The notes under the pieces were generated by a model. The model was not told where the DNA came from. It did no database searches and saw nothing but the letters and a program-made list of their open reading frames with translations. DNA of 63,949 bases, the filler included, from an uncultured bacterium (GTDB lineage Bacteria > CAYSBA01), in NCBI GenBank assembly GCA_964429075.1. It is 13 parts of 13 records of this genome, joined end to end, with 100 filler letters (N's around TTAATTAATTAA, not from the genome) between each part and the next. Parts side by side here need not be neighbours in the genome. Positions count along the whole stretch, not along the records: positions 20,033 to 24,903 come from CAYSBA010000130.1; positions 25,004 to 29,865 come from CAYSBA010000131.1; positions 29,966 to 34,813 come from CAYSBA010000132.1; 10 more parts are not named here. One strand, 5' to 3'. Made by a program: the position numbers and the translations under genes. The first letter of the stretch is position 1; every line of letters starts with the position of its first letter. Positions 21,017-30,517 of this stretch are shown here, piece by piece.

Positions 21017-22693
21017 ATGAAGTCCTCAATAAAAGGTTCGATTCTATTATTAGAATATCTACTGTTTATTTTTTCTGCTATCTTTTTGTTTTTCTTGCTA
21101 ATTAGCAGTGGTTATGGGGTTAATCTGCCCGGTTTCTGGGATCAAATATACAGTTATTTACCCTTTTTGATGGCTTCAATCTGTATAATAAGAACGTTGT
21201 TACACATACGACGTGGTGTTCTATGGATTGTTGGTGCTTTTATACAGCTTTTTATACTTATCCTTGTGGATCACCCAAACTTTGTTGGTATCTTTTTTGT
21301 TTTTTGTGCAGCCATCTTCTTATACAGAAGATTCTCTGGCTCACCCATTATAAAGTATCTCTCCATCAAATTTGCATTAAATCCTTCTCTTGGAATACTA
21401 CTCAGTTTTCTTGTGGTCATCATCCTTGGTACTCTTTTGTTATCTCTGCCTGCTGCCTCAAGTAATGGTGTTTCGGTTGGTTTTTTAAATGCACTTTTTA
21501 CAGCAACAAGTGCTGTTTGTGTTACCGGACTCATTGTAGTTAACACACCTGTGGCCTTTAGCCTATTTGGAAAGATTGTAATTATGATTCTGTTTCAGGT
21601 AGGAGGTCTTGGTATAATGACCATGTCGACTTTTTTGATATCCTTTCTCAAACAATCCCTAAGTGGTGTACATGTATACACAATGCAGGAGCAATTTACA
21701 AAGAGTGGGGAACGGGAAATCAAACAGATGCTGACAAATATATTTATGTTTACAGCAATTGTAGAACTTCTGGGTTTTATATTTCTGTATCTAAGATTTA
21801 TATCAGACATGTCGTATCAGGACGCAATCCTGTTTGCAGCATTTCATGCTATCTCAGCCTTCTGTAATGCCGGGTTTTCGCTCTTTGAAGATTCTTTAAT
21901 GGGATATCGTTCAGATGTGACTATTAATATAGTTATCTGTACACTTATTGTGCTTGGTGGGCTTGGCTTTATTGTGTTGCGGGATCTGGCACAGTTCTTT
22001 CTGTCAGATAAAAGGAATAAAAGGCACCTTAAGCTAAATACAAAACTTGTACTTACAACCACAGCTACCCTTATAATTTCTGGCACGCTTGCCATACTAT
22101 TTTTTGATTTCAACAAAGCTCTTTCAGGGATGGATCCATTAACGCGACTGCTGGCCGCTTTATTTCAGTCTATAACAGCAAGGACTGCCGGATTTAACAC
22201 ACTCAATATTGCAAAAATGAGCAGGGCATCTATCGTTGTGCTTATGGCATTGATGGTTGTTGGAGGTTCATCCGGTTCAACCGCAGGTGGGATAAAGACA
22301 AACACACTGGCGGTCCTTGTCTTAACGATAAGATCTTTCATCTCAAGAAAAAAATATGTAAGTGGGTTTAACAGGGAGATATCTTCTGAGACGATATCAA
22401 GGGCAATCAGCGTTGCTGTCTTATCTATTGTTGTAATTATGTCAGGTTTTCTAATCCTTCTACATACACAGAAAGGGAGTTTTGAAGAGATTCTGTTCGA
22501 GACTATATCTGCATTTGGTACAGTTGGATTGAGCATGGGTCTTACAGATCATCTAAATAGCATAGGTAAGATTGTGGTGATCCTCCTGATGTTCACTGGT
22601 AGGATTGGCCCTCTTACAGTTGCCGTATCTCTGAGAGGTGGAAAACTGAAAAAGGGATTTAGGCAACCAGAAGAGGAGGTACAGGTAGGTTAA
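21017..22693 (+). CDS. TrkH/KtrB potassium uptake permease with extra N-terminal TMs
   Basis: FTATSAVCVTGL, SAFCNAGF, RTAGFN, SAFGTVGLS selectivity-filter repeats. Confidence 0.92.
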   Translation: MKSSIKGSILLLEYLLFIFSAIFLFFLLISSGYGVNLPGFWDQIYSYLPFLMASICIIRTLLHIRRGVLWIVGAFIQLFILILVDHPNFVGIFFVFCAAIFLYRRFSGSPIIKYLSIKFALNPSLGILLSFLVVIILGTLLLSLPAASSNGVSVGFLNALFTATSAVCVTGLIVVNTPVAFSLFGKIVIMILFQVGGLGIMTMSTFLISFLKQSLSGVHVYTMQEQFTKSGEREIKQMLTNIFMFTAIVELLGFIFLYLRFISDMSYQDAILFAAFHAISAFCNAGFSLFEDSLMGYRSDVTINIVICTLIVLGGLGFIVLRDLAQFFLSDKRNKRHLKLNTKLVLTTTATLIISGTLAILFFDFNKALSGMDPLTRLLAALFQSITARTAGFNTLNIAKMSRASIVVLMALMVVGGSSGSTAGGIKTNTLAVLVLTIRSFISRKKYVSGFNREISSETISRAISVAVLSIVVIMSGFLILLHTQKGSFEEILFETISAFGTVGLSMGLTDHLNSIGKIVVILLMFTGRIGPLTVAVSLRGGKLKKGFRQPEEEVQVG

Positions 22694-23365
22694 TCATTTT
22701 GCAGGGATAAAGTGAAAGTCAAAATGGATAAGAAAAGAGAGATGCCTGGCTTTTGGTATCCTGTCAAATCTTCCACTACTGAGGCTGGATATAGATACCT
22801 TTATATCATCATTCCAGTTGACTATCCGTTCCTTAAAAGAAGCAGATCTATAATCAATAGAGACACCGACAGATAAAAGGGATGTAATTGGATAATTGCC
22901 TTCTATTCCTATCCCCCAGTAGAGGCCTCGATAGGCATAGCCATCATCCTCTCCCACAACCGTATAACCTACAGGTAGTCTAAGAAAGGCAAACCCTGCA
23001 TAGGGTTTTGTTTTTTTAAAATGCCACATGGGAGAGTACTTTAATACAATGCCTGTTAAGCCTGTACCACCCTTTTTACCATTACCACTTAGATGCCAGC
23101 CCTGGGCAAGAAATTCAAACTCCATACAGATCAGGTCTCTGATATTGTATCCGAATCTAATAGCTGCAATCAGACCGGAAGGTGGTTGGTATCCACTGAT
23201 CTTGTTAACAGAAAATAGATCCATGCCATCGGTACCGGTTTCTTTTTGCGCACTAATCCCTCCATAACCCATAGATGGTCCAATATAAAAACCTTCAGCA
23301 AATGTTGTTGATGATAAAAAAAGGGTTAAAATAAGAAGTGATGAGACCTTTATAAGGGCTTTCAT
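22694..23365 (-). CDS. Small outer-membrane beta-barrel protein
   Basis: Signal peptide (TTFA), alternating Gly/aromatic beta strands, C-terminal FDFHF. Confidence 0.6.
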   Translation of the reverse strand: MKALIKVSSLLILTLFLSSTTFAEGFYIGPSMGYGGISAQKETGTDGMDLFSVNKISGYQPPSGLIAAIRFGYNIRDLICMEFEFLAQGWHLSGNGKKGGTGLTGIVLKYSPMWHFKKTKPYAGFAFLRLPVGYTVVGEDDGYAYRGLYWGIGIEGNYPITSLLSVGVSIDYRSASFKERIVNWNDDIKVSISSLSSGRFDRIPKARHLSFLIHFDFHFIPAK

Positions 23366-24903
23366 TTCTTTAACTGATTCAGTATCTTTTTGAACTGCCT
23401 GAGCATGCTTCTGTCGCCAATCTTTTTGGCTGCCAATACCAGTTTTTCATAGGTTTTTATCAATTTCAGTCTGTTAGATGCTCCCTGTGATGCATAGTAT
23501 TTTGCTGCATTCATCAGGTGCTCTATCGATTCTTCGTATCTTTTTTTGGATTGGAAGATAATTCCCACCTGATAGTATGCATCAGGGAAGGTGGAGTCTA
23601 TATTAACTACATCGTTGTATATGTCAATCGCCTTTTTCAAATCTCCCATATCATGATAGACAAGACCAAGGGCAAAGTGTGTCTCAGGTTTGAACTCGGC
23701 TATTGAAATAGCCTTTTCAGCCATCTCTTTTGCCTCTCTATACCGTTTGAGCCTTCTATAGGTGTTTGATGCAAGTATATAGTATTCATCGTCCATCGGA
23801 AGATGTTTTTTGTATTGATCTAACAGCGCAAGTGCCTCTTTACCTTTATTTTGTTGTAGATAGATATCTGTCAAATTCTTATAATAGGATGGAACAGTTG
23901 GATCACTGCTTATTGCAGATGAGTATTCAGAGATGGCCTGATCAAAATCTCCTTTTACCCTGTAGATCTCGGCAAGCAGGGCATGACCCATAGCGTAGTC
24001 TTTATAGGTAGAAAGTATGTCCTTGAGGATCTTTATTGCCTTATCCTGCTGACCCAATGTTATAAGAGCCTTTGCCTCAAGAAAATCCATATCCCTTCTT
24101 ATATATGGGGGAAATTTTTGCTTTGTTGCCTTATAGGTCTCTTTGAGATTTTTAATGGACGAAAGGATTTTTTTAGGTTTTTGTCCACTGTCAAGAGCAA
24201 TAATATCTCTCATTATTCTTGCCCTTATGTGGTTACTTGCAAATCTCAGGGCCCTTGAAAAATACATAAGAGCGTTCATGGGCTGCCCTGTTCTATAGTA
24301 ACTCATACCAAGATAAAAGTTGTATCGAGGCTTGTTTATCTCCGCCTCATTTGCCTTTCTTAATAGCTGAAATGCCTCTTTGTATTTTCCATCCATCATA
24401 TAGGCCTGTGCCATTGCAGCGTTGATTTCCGGTCTCTCACCATACTTTTTGACTACCATGTTCAAGTAATCAAGTGCGTCTTTGTATTTTTTATTATAAA
24501 TGTAGTAGAGGGCCTTTGAAGTAAATCTTTCTACCTTAAGGATATCATCATCTTCTGCGCTCTTTATAAATTTGTCTGCCTTTTCTTTATATTCAGCTAT
24601 ACCATAGTCACCCCAGAGGATGGTATATATATTTGCAAGTGCTGAGACAGCATACTCATTGTCTGAATCAAGCTCCAACACCTTATTGTATTTTTCGATT
24701 GCCCTGAGATAATCCTGGTATGTGTCAAGATCTGAAATCTCTCTGGCATTGTAGATCAATTTCCTGACCTGCTGATCGATTTTTAAGTAGCGCATATAGT
24801 AGATCAACAGTGCAATAAGTATCAGTATTGTAATGGTAATGTCTCTGACAAATCTAATAAGATTAGATTTTTTCTTTACATCCTTTGTGCTTTTGTCTTG
24901 TGC
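23362..24903 (-). CDS. Membrane-anchored tetratricopeptide repeat protein, 5'-truncated
   Basis: Multiple TPR motifs (HALLAEIYRVKGDFDQAI, HFALGLVYHDMGDLKKAI); frame continues upstream through a TM (ILILIALL) to the contig end. Confidence 0.85.
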   Translation of the reverse strand, partial: AQDKSTKDVKKKSNLIRFVRDITITILILIALLIYYMRYLKIDQQVRKLIYNAREISDLDTYQDYLRAIEKYNKVLELDSDNEYAVSALANIYTILWGDYGIAEYKEKADKFIKSAEDDDILKVERFTSKALYYIYNKKYKDALDYLNMVVKKYGERPEINAAMAQAYMMDGKYKEAFQLLRKANEAEINKPRYNFYLGMSYYRTGQPMNALMYFSRALRFASNHIRARIMRDIIALDSGQKPKKILSSIKNLKETYKATKQKFPPYIRRDMDFLEAKALITLGQQDKAIKILKDILSTYKDYAMGHALLAEIYRVKGDFDQAISEYSSAISSDPTVPSYYKNLTDIYLQQNKGKEALALLDQYKKHLPMDDEYYILASNTYRRLKRYREAKEMAEKAISIAEFKPETHFALGLVYHDMGDLKKAIDIYNDVVNIDSTFPDAYYQVGIIFQSKKRYEESIEHLMNAAKYYASQGASNRLKLIKTYEKLVLAAKKIGDRSMLRQFKKILNQLKK

Positions 24904-25102
24904 NNNNNNNNNNNNNNNNNNNNNNNNNNNNNNNNNNNNNNNNNNNNTTAATTAATTAANNNNNNNNNNNNNNNNNNNNNNNNNNNNNNNNNNNNNNNNN
25001 NNNTCCTTAAAGTATATGCAGAATTTAATGTATAATAATTCGTAATAACATATTGATATTACAAGAATATCAACATTTATTGTTAAACTTTTGCCCATTT
25101 TT

Positions 25103-25137
25103 TTGACCTCTGCCGGATGTAGGATATAATCCTACAT
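25103..25137 (+). promoter_or_regulatory. Sigma70 promoter overlapped by a palindromic operator, upstream of the PilZ pair
   Basis: TTGACC-16-TATAAT (25103-25130); perfect inverted repeat ATGTAGGAT-ATA-ATCCTACAT (25117-25137). Confidence 0.6.
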
Positions 25138-25162
25138 GTAACGAATTAACCTAAACGAGGAG

Positions 25163-25504
25163 GTGATCATGGAAAAGAGAAGACATCAAAGAAAACAGAT
25201 TACCCTTTGGGTAAACAACTATTGCGATGCAAGGCGCTACTATATCAGCAGAGTTAAAGATATCTCAAAAAGTGGCATGTGTCTCATTACACCAAAGGAT
25301 ATGGAGCTTAAAGATAGGTATATCTTCATTGAAATGTGTTTACCTAACGCAGATGATATCATCTGGATAGTTGGTGAGGTTGTAAGGTTATCAGAAGATG
25401 GTTCACTGGCAGTGCGCTTTGAAAATATGAGTCATGAGCATAAGGTCCTGCTCGATAATTTCATAGATAAGGTTGAGGCCTATTATAGGCATTCAATGAA
25501 CTAA
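25163..25504 (+). CDS. PilZ domain protein (c-di-GMP receptor)
   Basis: EKRRHQR (RxxxR) and DISKSG (DxSxxG), GEVVR. Confidence 0.88.
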   Translation: MIMEKRRHQRKQITLWVNNYCDARRYYISRVKDISKSGMCLITPKDMELKDRYIFIEMCLPNADDIIWIVGEVVRLSEDGSLAVRFENMSHEHKVLLDNFIDKVEAYYRHSMN

Positions 25505-25519
25505 TTTGAGGAGGGTGTC

Positions 25520-25861
25520 ATGAATAGAGAAAGAAGGCAACATGAAAGAGTATACGCAACTGCTGCTGGCAGATTTATAGAAAAGGGACGGTATGTGAAC
25601 TTTAGACTTATAGATCTTAATGGAAGATTTCTACGGGTAGAGTGTGATAGAAAGATTGCCGGCGACGATATTTATCTTTGTGAACTAAAAGAGCCTTTTA
25701 CAAAAAAGGTAATCCGATTCCTCGGGGATGTTGTGAGGATAGACCAAGATAAAGAGGTGGTTCTAAAAATTGTCGCCTCAGGTAAGGAGGATGATGAGGT
25801 GCTTGATAGATTTTTTGGTCTTATGCAGCTCGGAAGTCTATGTGGTGAATGGAGTCTTTAA
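25520..25861 (+). CDS. PilZ domain protein with degenerate second motif
   Basis: ERRQHER; DLNGRF in place of DxSxxG; GDVVR. Confidence 0.7.
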   Translation: MNRERRQHERVYATAAGRFIEKGRYVNFRLIDLNGRFLRVECDRKIAGDDIYLCELKEPFTKKVIRFLGDVVRIDQDKEVVLKIVASGKEDDEVLDRFFGLMQLGSLCGEWSL

Positions 25862-26103
25862 TTAGATTTTTTTAATACAACAGTTACTTTATTTTTATCC
25901 TTTATAAACTTTACTATCCTGACTGTGCCAATTTTTTCAACAGCCTTTATGTCTTCAAGATACCCTGGATCGGTTGCCTCTACCACAAGGCTTTCACCTA
26001 TACTTAATCCTTCAAGTGCCTCAATTGTCTTGATATAAGGTACAGGACAGTATAGACCTTTAAGATCGAGAAAATTATTTTTTTCCACTTTTGGATCAGA
26101 CAT
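25858..26103 (-). CDS. TusA/SirA-family sulfur carrier protein
   Basis: LDLKGLYCPVPYIKT (CPxP) ... EATDPG; start at MSDPK 26103 overlaps the upstream stop. Confidence 0.85.
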   Translation of the reverse strand: MSDPKVEKNNFLDLKGLYCPVPYIKTIEALEGLSIGESLVVEATDPGYLEDIKAVEKIGTVRIVKFIKDKNKVTVVLKKSN

Positions 26104-27226
26104 CAGGTACAAATTCCCTGTCAAGTAAAGATCCTGTGTACAGCTTAATTCCTCTTTTCGTAAGGAGTCTAAGAAACTCAACAGGATCGATTACAGCCTC
26201 CGGTGGATTGACGCCACAAGACCTTTTAATTTTACCCTTTTTGTACATTTTAATTGATGTTGTCAGAGCACAACCTGTTATCTTTATAAGGCTATCACAG
26301 GTTCCAAAACTAAGGAATCTATCCTTTCCTCGCTTTTTACCACTTATATCTACCCTCATACCAGAAACACCACCATATCTGGAGGATCTTAGAAATTCAA
26401 GGAGCCGTTTGCCAATATGTGACGCAAAATCCACCTGTACTGGTGTCCTTATTGCGTGAAGCCTTGCAAGTAAAACCAGCAGTAGATTGACCCAATCTGG
26501 GCTGACCCCACCCTTTACCTGAATTGATTTTAGTGTCTTTATGTGCTCTGGCAGGGTTATTGTCTCAGGATGACCTACTGTATACACCCTGCATATTTCC
26601 ATGCCTCCTGGGAAGACAATCCTCTCTGGTTCTGTAGCTGCTTTTACCATCTTTACATGTCCATTTACAAAGCCAGGTACATATCCTGAAAAGATATATA
26701 TAAGATGTTTTATTATGCTTATACTAAAAAGGTCTCCTAATGATATACAAAAATTTAGCTCTATCTTTTCTATGCTATCGAGCTTATGGGTTGCGTACAT
26801 ACATAGCAGGTTGCTTACTCCGGGGGTCCAGCCAATCCCTGATAACAAAAATACACCCTTTTTCTTTGCTATCTCATCAAGATCGAGAATATCATAGTAA
26901 CCATCATAATCGTCACAAATACTAATATAATCCACACCACATTCTATACTTATCGAGGCAAGATATTTCTCAACCCTATAAAAAGGTCCGAGTGTTGACA
27001 CAACAAGATCGTGTTTTTTGATTACCTTTTGCAGTCTTTCTGAATCATTTATGTCTATAGATCTAAATCTTACAGTTGTTCTAAATTTCGGCAGAGTTTC
27101 AAGGAGTCTTTCACTTTCTCTTGTGTTATTATCTACTATTGTAAGATAATCGCACCCATCTTCAATAAGCTGACGGGTAACAAACTGTCCAACTTCACCT
27201 GCCCCACCTATTATAGCTATTTTCAT
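26096..27226 (-). CDS. Saccharopine dehydrogenase-family NAD(P)-dependent oxidoreductase
   Basis: IIGGAGEVG, LGPFYR, YISICDD, GIGWTPGVSN, GHPETITLP. Confidence 0.85.
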   Translation of the reverse strand: MKIAIIGGAGEVGQFVTRQLIEDGCDYLTIVDNNTRESERLLETLPKFRTTVRFRSIDINDSERLQKVIKKHDLVVSTLGPFYRVEKYLASISIECGVDYISICDDYDGYYDILDLDEIAKKKGVFLLSGIGWTPGVSNLLCMYATHKLDSIEKIELNFCISLGDLFSISIIKHLIYIFSGYVPGFVNGHVKMVKAATEPERIVFPGGMEICRVYTVGHPETITLPEHIKTLKSIQVKGGVSPDWVNLLLVLLARLHAIRTPVQVDFASHIGKRLLEFLRSSRYGGVSGMRVDISGKKRGKDRFLSFGTCDSLIKITGCALTTSIKMYKKGKIKRSCGVNPPEAVIDPVEFLRLLTKRGIKLYTGSLLDREFVPDV

Positions 27227-27253
27227 ATATCCCCCCGATAATACCCATATACA

Positions 27254-28468
27254 CTATATCACACCCAGTCTCTTACCAACAAGAGTAAATCTGTCCAATG
27301 CAAAATCAAGATCCTCTTTTGTGTGTGCAGCAGAAATCTGAACCCTCAGGCGTGCCTGGCCCTTTGGTACAACCGGGAACCATAACCCCTTTACATATAC
27401 ACCCTCTTTCAAAAGCTCCTCACTCATATCCATGGCAACCGATGCCTCATATACCATAACAGGAACAATCGGATGTATGCCATCTATAATCTTAAATCCT
27501 GCTTTTTTTATGTTTTCTCTAAAATATTCTGTATTTTCTTTCAGTCGTTTTATTGCATCCTGACTGCTCTCCAGAATTTCAAAGGTCTTTTTGGCCGCCA
27601 TCACTATACCTGGTGGCATTGAGTTTGAGAAGGTATACGGCCTCGATTTCTGCCTGAGATATTCTACCAAAACAGCGTTTGCTGCAATAAAGCCGCCCAT
27701 AGCACCACCGATCGCCTTTCCAAGCGTACCCGATATCACATCAATCTCATCAAGAAGGCCAAATACCTCAGCTGTACCCCTACCTGTCTCACCGATTACA
27801 CCGATTCCATGTGAATCATCCATAAACAGAAGTGCATTATATTTGTTTTTTAACTCAACAAGTCTGTCTAAGGGTGCAAGGTCACCCTCCATACTGAAGA
27901 CTCCATCTGTAGCGATGATTCTGAATCTAAAATCCTTCTCTTTATCCTCTTCGAGCATCTCTTTTAGGGCATCAACATCGCCATGTGGATATATCCTTTT
28001 GACAGTGTGTTTTGATGAACATAATCTGATACCATCTATAATGCTTGCATGATTCAGTGCATCTGAATAGATAACATCCTGCCATTCTTCAAAGCTCATA
28101 GACTCATTACAGATAGAGGCAAAAAAACCTTCATTTGCAGAAAAGCAGGAGAGATAGAGTATTGAGTCTTGTTTGTTTAAAAAGGTTGCTATCTTTTTTT
28201 CAAGCTCTTTGTGGGTCGTCTGGGTCCCACATATGAATCGTACAGATGCCATCCCAAGACCATACTTCCTTGTAGCATTTACGCATTCATCTATCAATAT
28301 TTCATGATCTGCAAGTCCAAGGTAGTTATTTGATGCAAGCATCACCACCTCTTTACCCTCTGCAAAAACCCTTCCACCCTGTGGGCCATCAAGGATGACT
28401 TCTCTCTTATAGGTTTTGGTTTCTTTTGCCTTTTCAATCTCTTTTTCCATTAAATCATATATCTTCAT
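27254..28468 (-). CDS. kbl: 2-amino-3-ketobutyrate CoA ligase (glycine C-acetyltransferase)
   Basis: ASNNYLGLA, ASVRFICGTQ, SDALNHASIIDG, DDSHG, GTLGKAIGG, RQKSRPYTFSN; adjacent to tdh. Confidence 0.94.
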   Translation of the reverse strand: MKIYDLMEKEIEKAKETKTYKREVILDGPQGGRVFAEGKEVVMLASNNYLGLADHEILIDECVNATRKYGLGMASVRFICGTQTTHKELEKKIATFLNKQDSILYLSCFSANEGFFASICNESMSFEEWQDVIYSDALNHASIIDGIRLCSSKHTVKRIYPHGDVDALKEMLEEDKEKDFRFRIIATDGVFSMEGDLAPLDRLVELKNKYNALLFMDDSHGIGVIGETGRGTAEVFGLLDEIDVISGTLGKAIGGAMGGFIAANAVLVEYLRQKSRPYTFSNSMPPGIVMAAKKTFEILESSQDAIKRLKENTEYFRENIKKAGFKIIDGIHPIVPVMVYEASVAMDMSEELLKEGVYVKGLWFPVVPKGQARLRVQISAAHTKEDLDFALDRFTLVGKRLGVI

Positions 28469-28489
28469 GAAAACCCCCGATTTGTTGTT

Positions 28490-29719
28490 TTATATCTCAA
28501 AAAGCACCTTTAGTGCCTTACCATGTTTCATTGCCTCAAAACCCTCTGGGAATGCCTCAATCGGTAGTTTCATCCCTACAAATCCACTCTCCATAAGAGT
28601 TTGTGCCATGCCATCCTTTAAGAGCCTTGTCATAAGCTCCCAAGTAGAAAAAACCTTCCTGCCAATTATACCTTTGACAGTAATCCCCTTAAGTATAACA
28701 TTTTCAGTAAAATCTAACTCCATCTTTCCCGATGGCAATCCAAGAGCAGCAAAAAAACCGCCATTTTTTAATATTCTGAATCCATCTTCATATGCCCTGT
28801 AGTTTCCTGACATCTCAAGGATGGAATCCACACCGGTCTCATCGGTCATTGCATAGACATCCTGAAACAGTTGCTTATGTTCATGCTCTATTGATGTATC
28901 GTAACACCTTGTAGCTCCAAATCTTTCAGCGAGTTTAAACCTCTTGTTGACAAGCTCATCGTGTGACAGTCTATCCGGTGAGGAGGCGTCTGTAACAAAG
29001 ATCTTTGAAGCACCCATATGGGTTGCTGCAAGTATTGCAAGCATCCCCTGAATCCCACACCCAAGTATGGCAATCCTGTTGCCGTATTCTATTGCCTCTT
29101 GAACGGTGTGTACTGCGTTTCCAATTGCATCCATAAAGGCTATTATCTCAGGTGGCAGTTCACTTTTTTCAAACATAACAAGGTTTGTTACAGGGATTAC
29201 AAGATACTCAGCAAAACTACCATGGTCGTGTATCCCTTTGATTATTGTATTCTTGCAAACATGTCGCATGCCTGTTCTGCACTGATGACAACGTGAACAG
29301 GTGATATGCATCTCTGCGGTTACATAAAAGTGTTGCCTGATATAATCGATCAGGTTTCTGTCGCTTTTAAGATTTTCTATAGACCTATCGTTGACAAAAT
29401 CGGATATCTCTTTATTTCTCTTGGCCCTATCGATTAGCATGCCTGCAAGAAATTCCTTTGCAGATTCACCGGCATCTGTTACCTCCCCACAGAATTCATG
29501 ACCGGTTATTATAAAGTCTTTTGTTGCACCCATCATTTCTTTAAAAAGAGATCTTGCAGAGTAGTATATACCGAGATCGGTCCCGCATATTGCAGCATAC
29601 TTTACCTTTATCTTCACCTGATCGGAGGTAACAATTGAGGGTTCAGGCATATCTTGCAACAATAGACCTTTTTCCCAGGTCTTACCGATCTCTGGTCTTT
29701 TTTTAACAAGTGCCTTCAT
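28490..29719 (-). CDS. tdh: L-threonine 3-dehydrogenase (Zn-dependent) with internal insertion
   Basis: MKALVK, AICGTD, GHEFCGEV, HITCSRCHQC...C, GNAVHT, LEMSG, GIIGRK; upstream of kbl. Confidence 0.85.
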   Translation of the reverse strand: MKALVKKRPEIGKTWEKGLLLQDMPEPSIVTSDQVKIKVKYAAICGTDLGIYYSARSLFKEMMGATKDFIITGHEFCGEVTDAGESAKEFLAGMLIDRAKRNKEISDFVNDRSIENLKSDRNLIDYIRQHFYVTAEMHITCSRCHQCRTGMRHVCKNTIIKGIHDHGSFAEYLVIPVTNLVMFEKSELPPEIIAFMDAIGNAVHTVQEAIEYGNRIAILGCGIQGMLAILAATHMGASKIFVTDASSPDRLSHDELVNKRFKLAERFGATRCYDTSIEHEHKQLFQDVYAMTDETGVDSILEMSGNYRAYEDGFRILKNGGFFAALGLPSGKMELDFTENVILKGITVKGIIGRKVFSTWELMTRLLKDGMAQTLMESGFVGMKLPIEAFPEGFEAMKHGKALKVLFEI

Positions 29720-29761
29720 AACAACACCATGCTTTTTCACATTGTTAACATCCTGTCAAAC

Positions 29762-29865
29762 TTACCTAAGAGATACTAATCGATCTTTAATATCAGAATC
29801 AAACAGAGCGCATATCTTTAATGCCAGAAGAATGCCGTTTTTTACATTATCTATCCCAACTGTTG
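29762..29865 (-). CDS. purE: C-terminal fragment of N5-CAIR mutase PurE
   Basis: Manual translation TVGIDNVKNGILLALKICALFDSDIKDRLVSLR*, resembling the PurE C-terminus. Confidence 0.6.
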
Positions 29866-29965
29866 NNNNNNNNNNNNNNNNNNNNNNNNNNNNNNNNNNN
29901 NNNNNNNNNTTAATTAATTAANNNNNNNNNNNNNNNNNNNNNNNNNNNNNNNNNNNNNNNNNNNN

Positions 29966-30517
29966 GTTGTGTGCATACACAGTAAATATATTCCCTCTGT
30001 GTTTTATAATCACCATGTTACCATATCCCCTGATCCTGCAGTCGCTGTATATAACTTCTCCTGTATCCGCAGCCCTTATAACAGTTCCAGCCGGAGCTGC
30101 AATGTCTACTCCTCTGTGCATCCTTTTGCCCCTTTTGCCAAATTTGGAGGTAAGCACTCCCCTGACCGGCCATATAAGATTAATTGAATTAACAGAAGCA
30201 GTTTTATTAGCAGATCTTGACCCTTTAGACTCCCTCTTTAATAATCTCCAGAGGCTCTCATCACCGGGGATAAATAGCTCTGTTCCTGCTTTTAGATTAT
30301 TAGGGTTTTCAATTCCATTCAGAATAGCAAGCTCCATGGGGTCAAAACCGAAGCGCTTTGCAATCTCTTTCATATTCTCACCACTTTTCACCTTATAAAA
30401 AATACCATCGAGCTGGGGTTCTGGATAGTACATCTGTTTTTTTTGTACAGTGGAAAAACAGGAAAGATCTAATAGGAGTGAAACAAAAATAATAACAATT
30501 CGGCTTCGGGTCATCAA
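29966..30517 (-). CDS. LysM + M23 peptidase lipoprotein (NlpD-like), 3'-truncated
   Basis: Lipobox-like DLSC, LysM (YKVKSGE...LFIP), WPVRG, HRGVDI, YGNMVIIKH, YAHN. Confidence 0.88.

Noticed and set aside
25053-25073. FNR box (TTGAT...ATCAA)
   Set aside because: Spacer is 11 nt rather than the 4 nt of FNR/CRP-type sites
29333-29452. Mini-intein in tdh
   Set aside because: Too short and lacks the C/S start and HN-C/S/T end motifs
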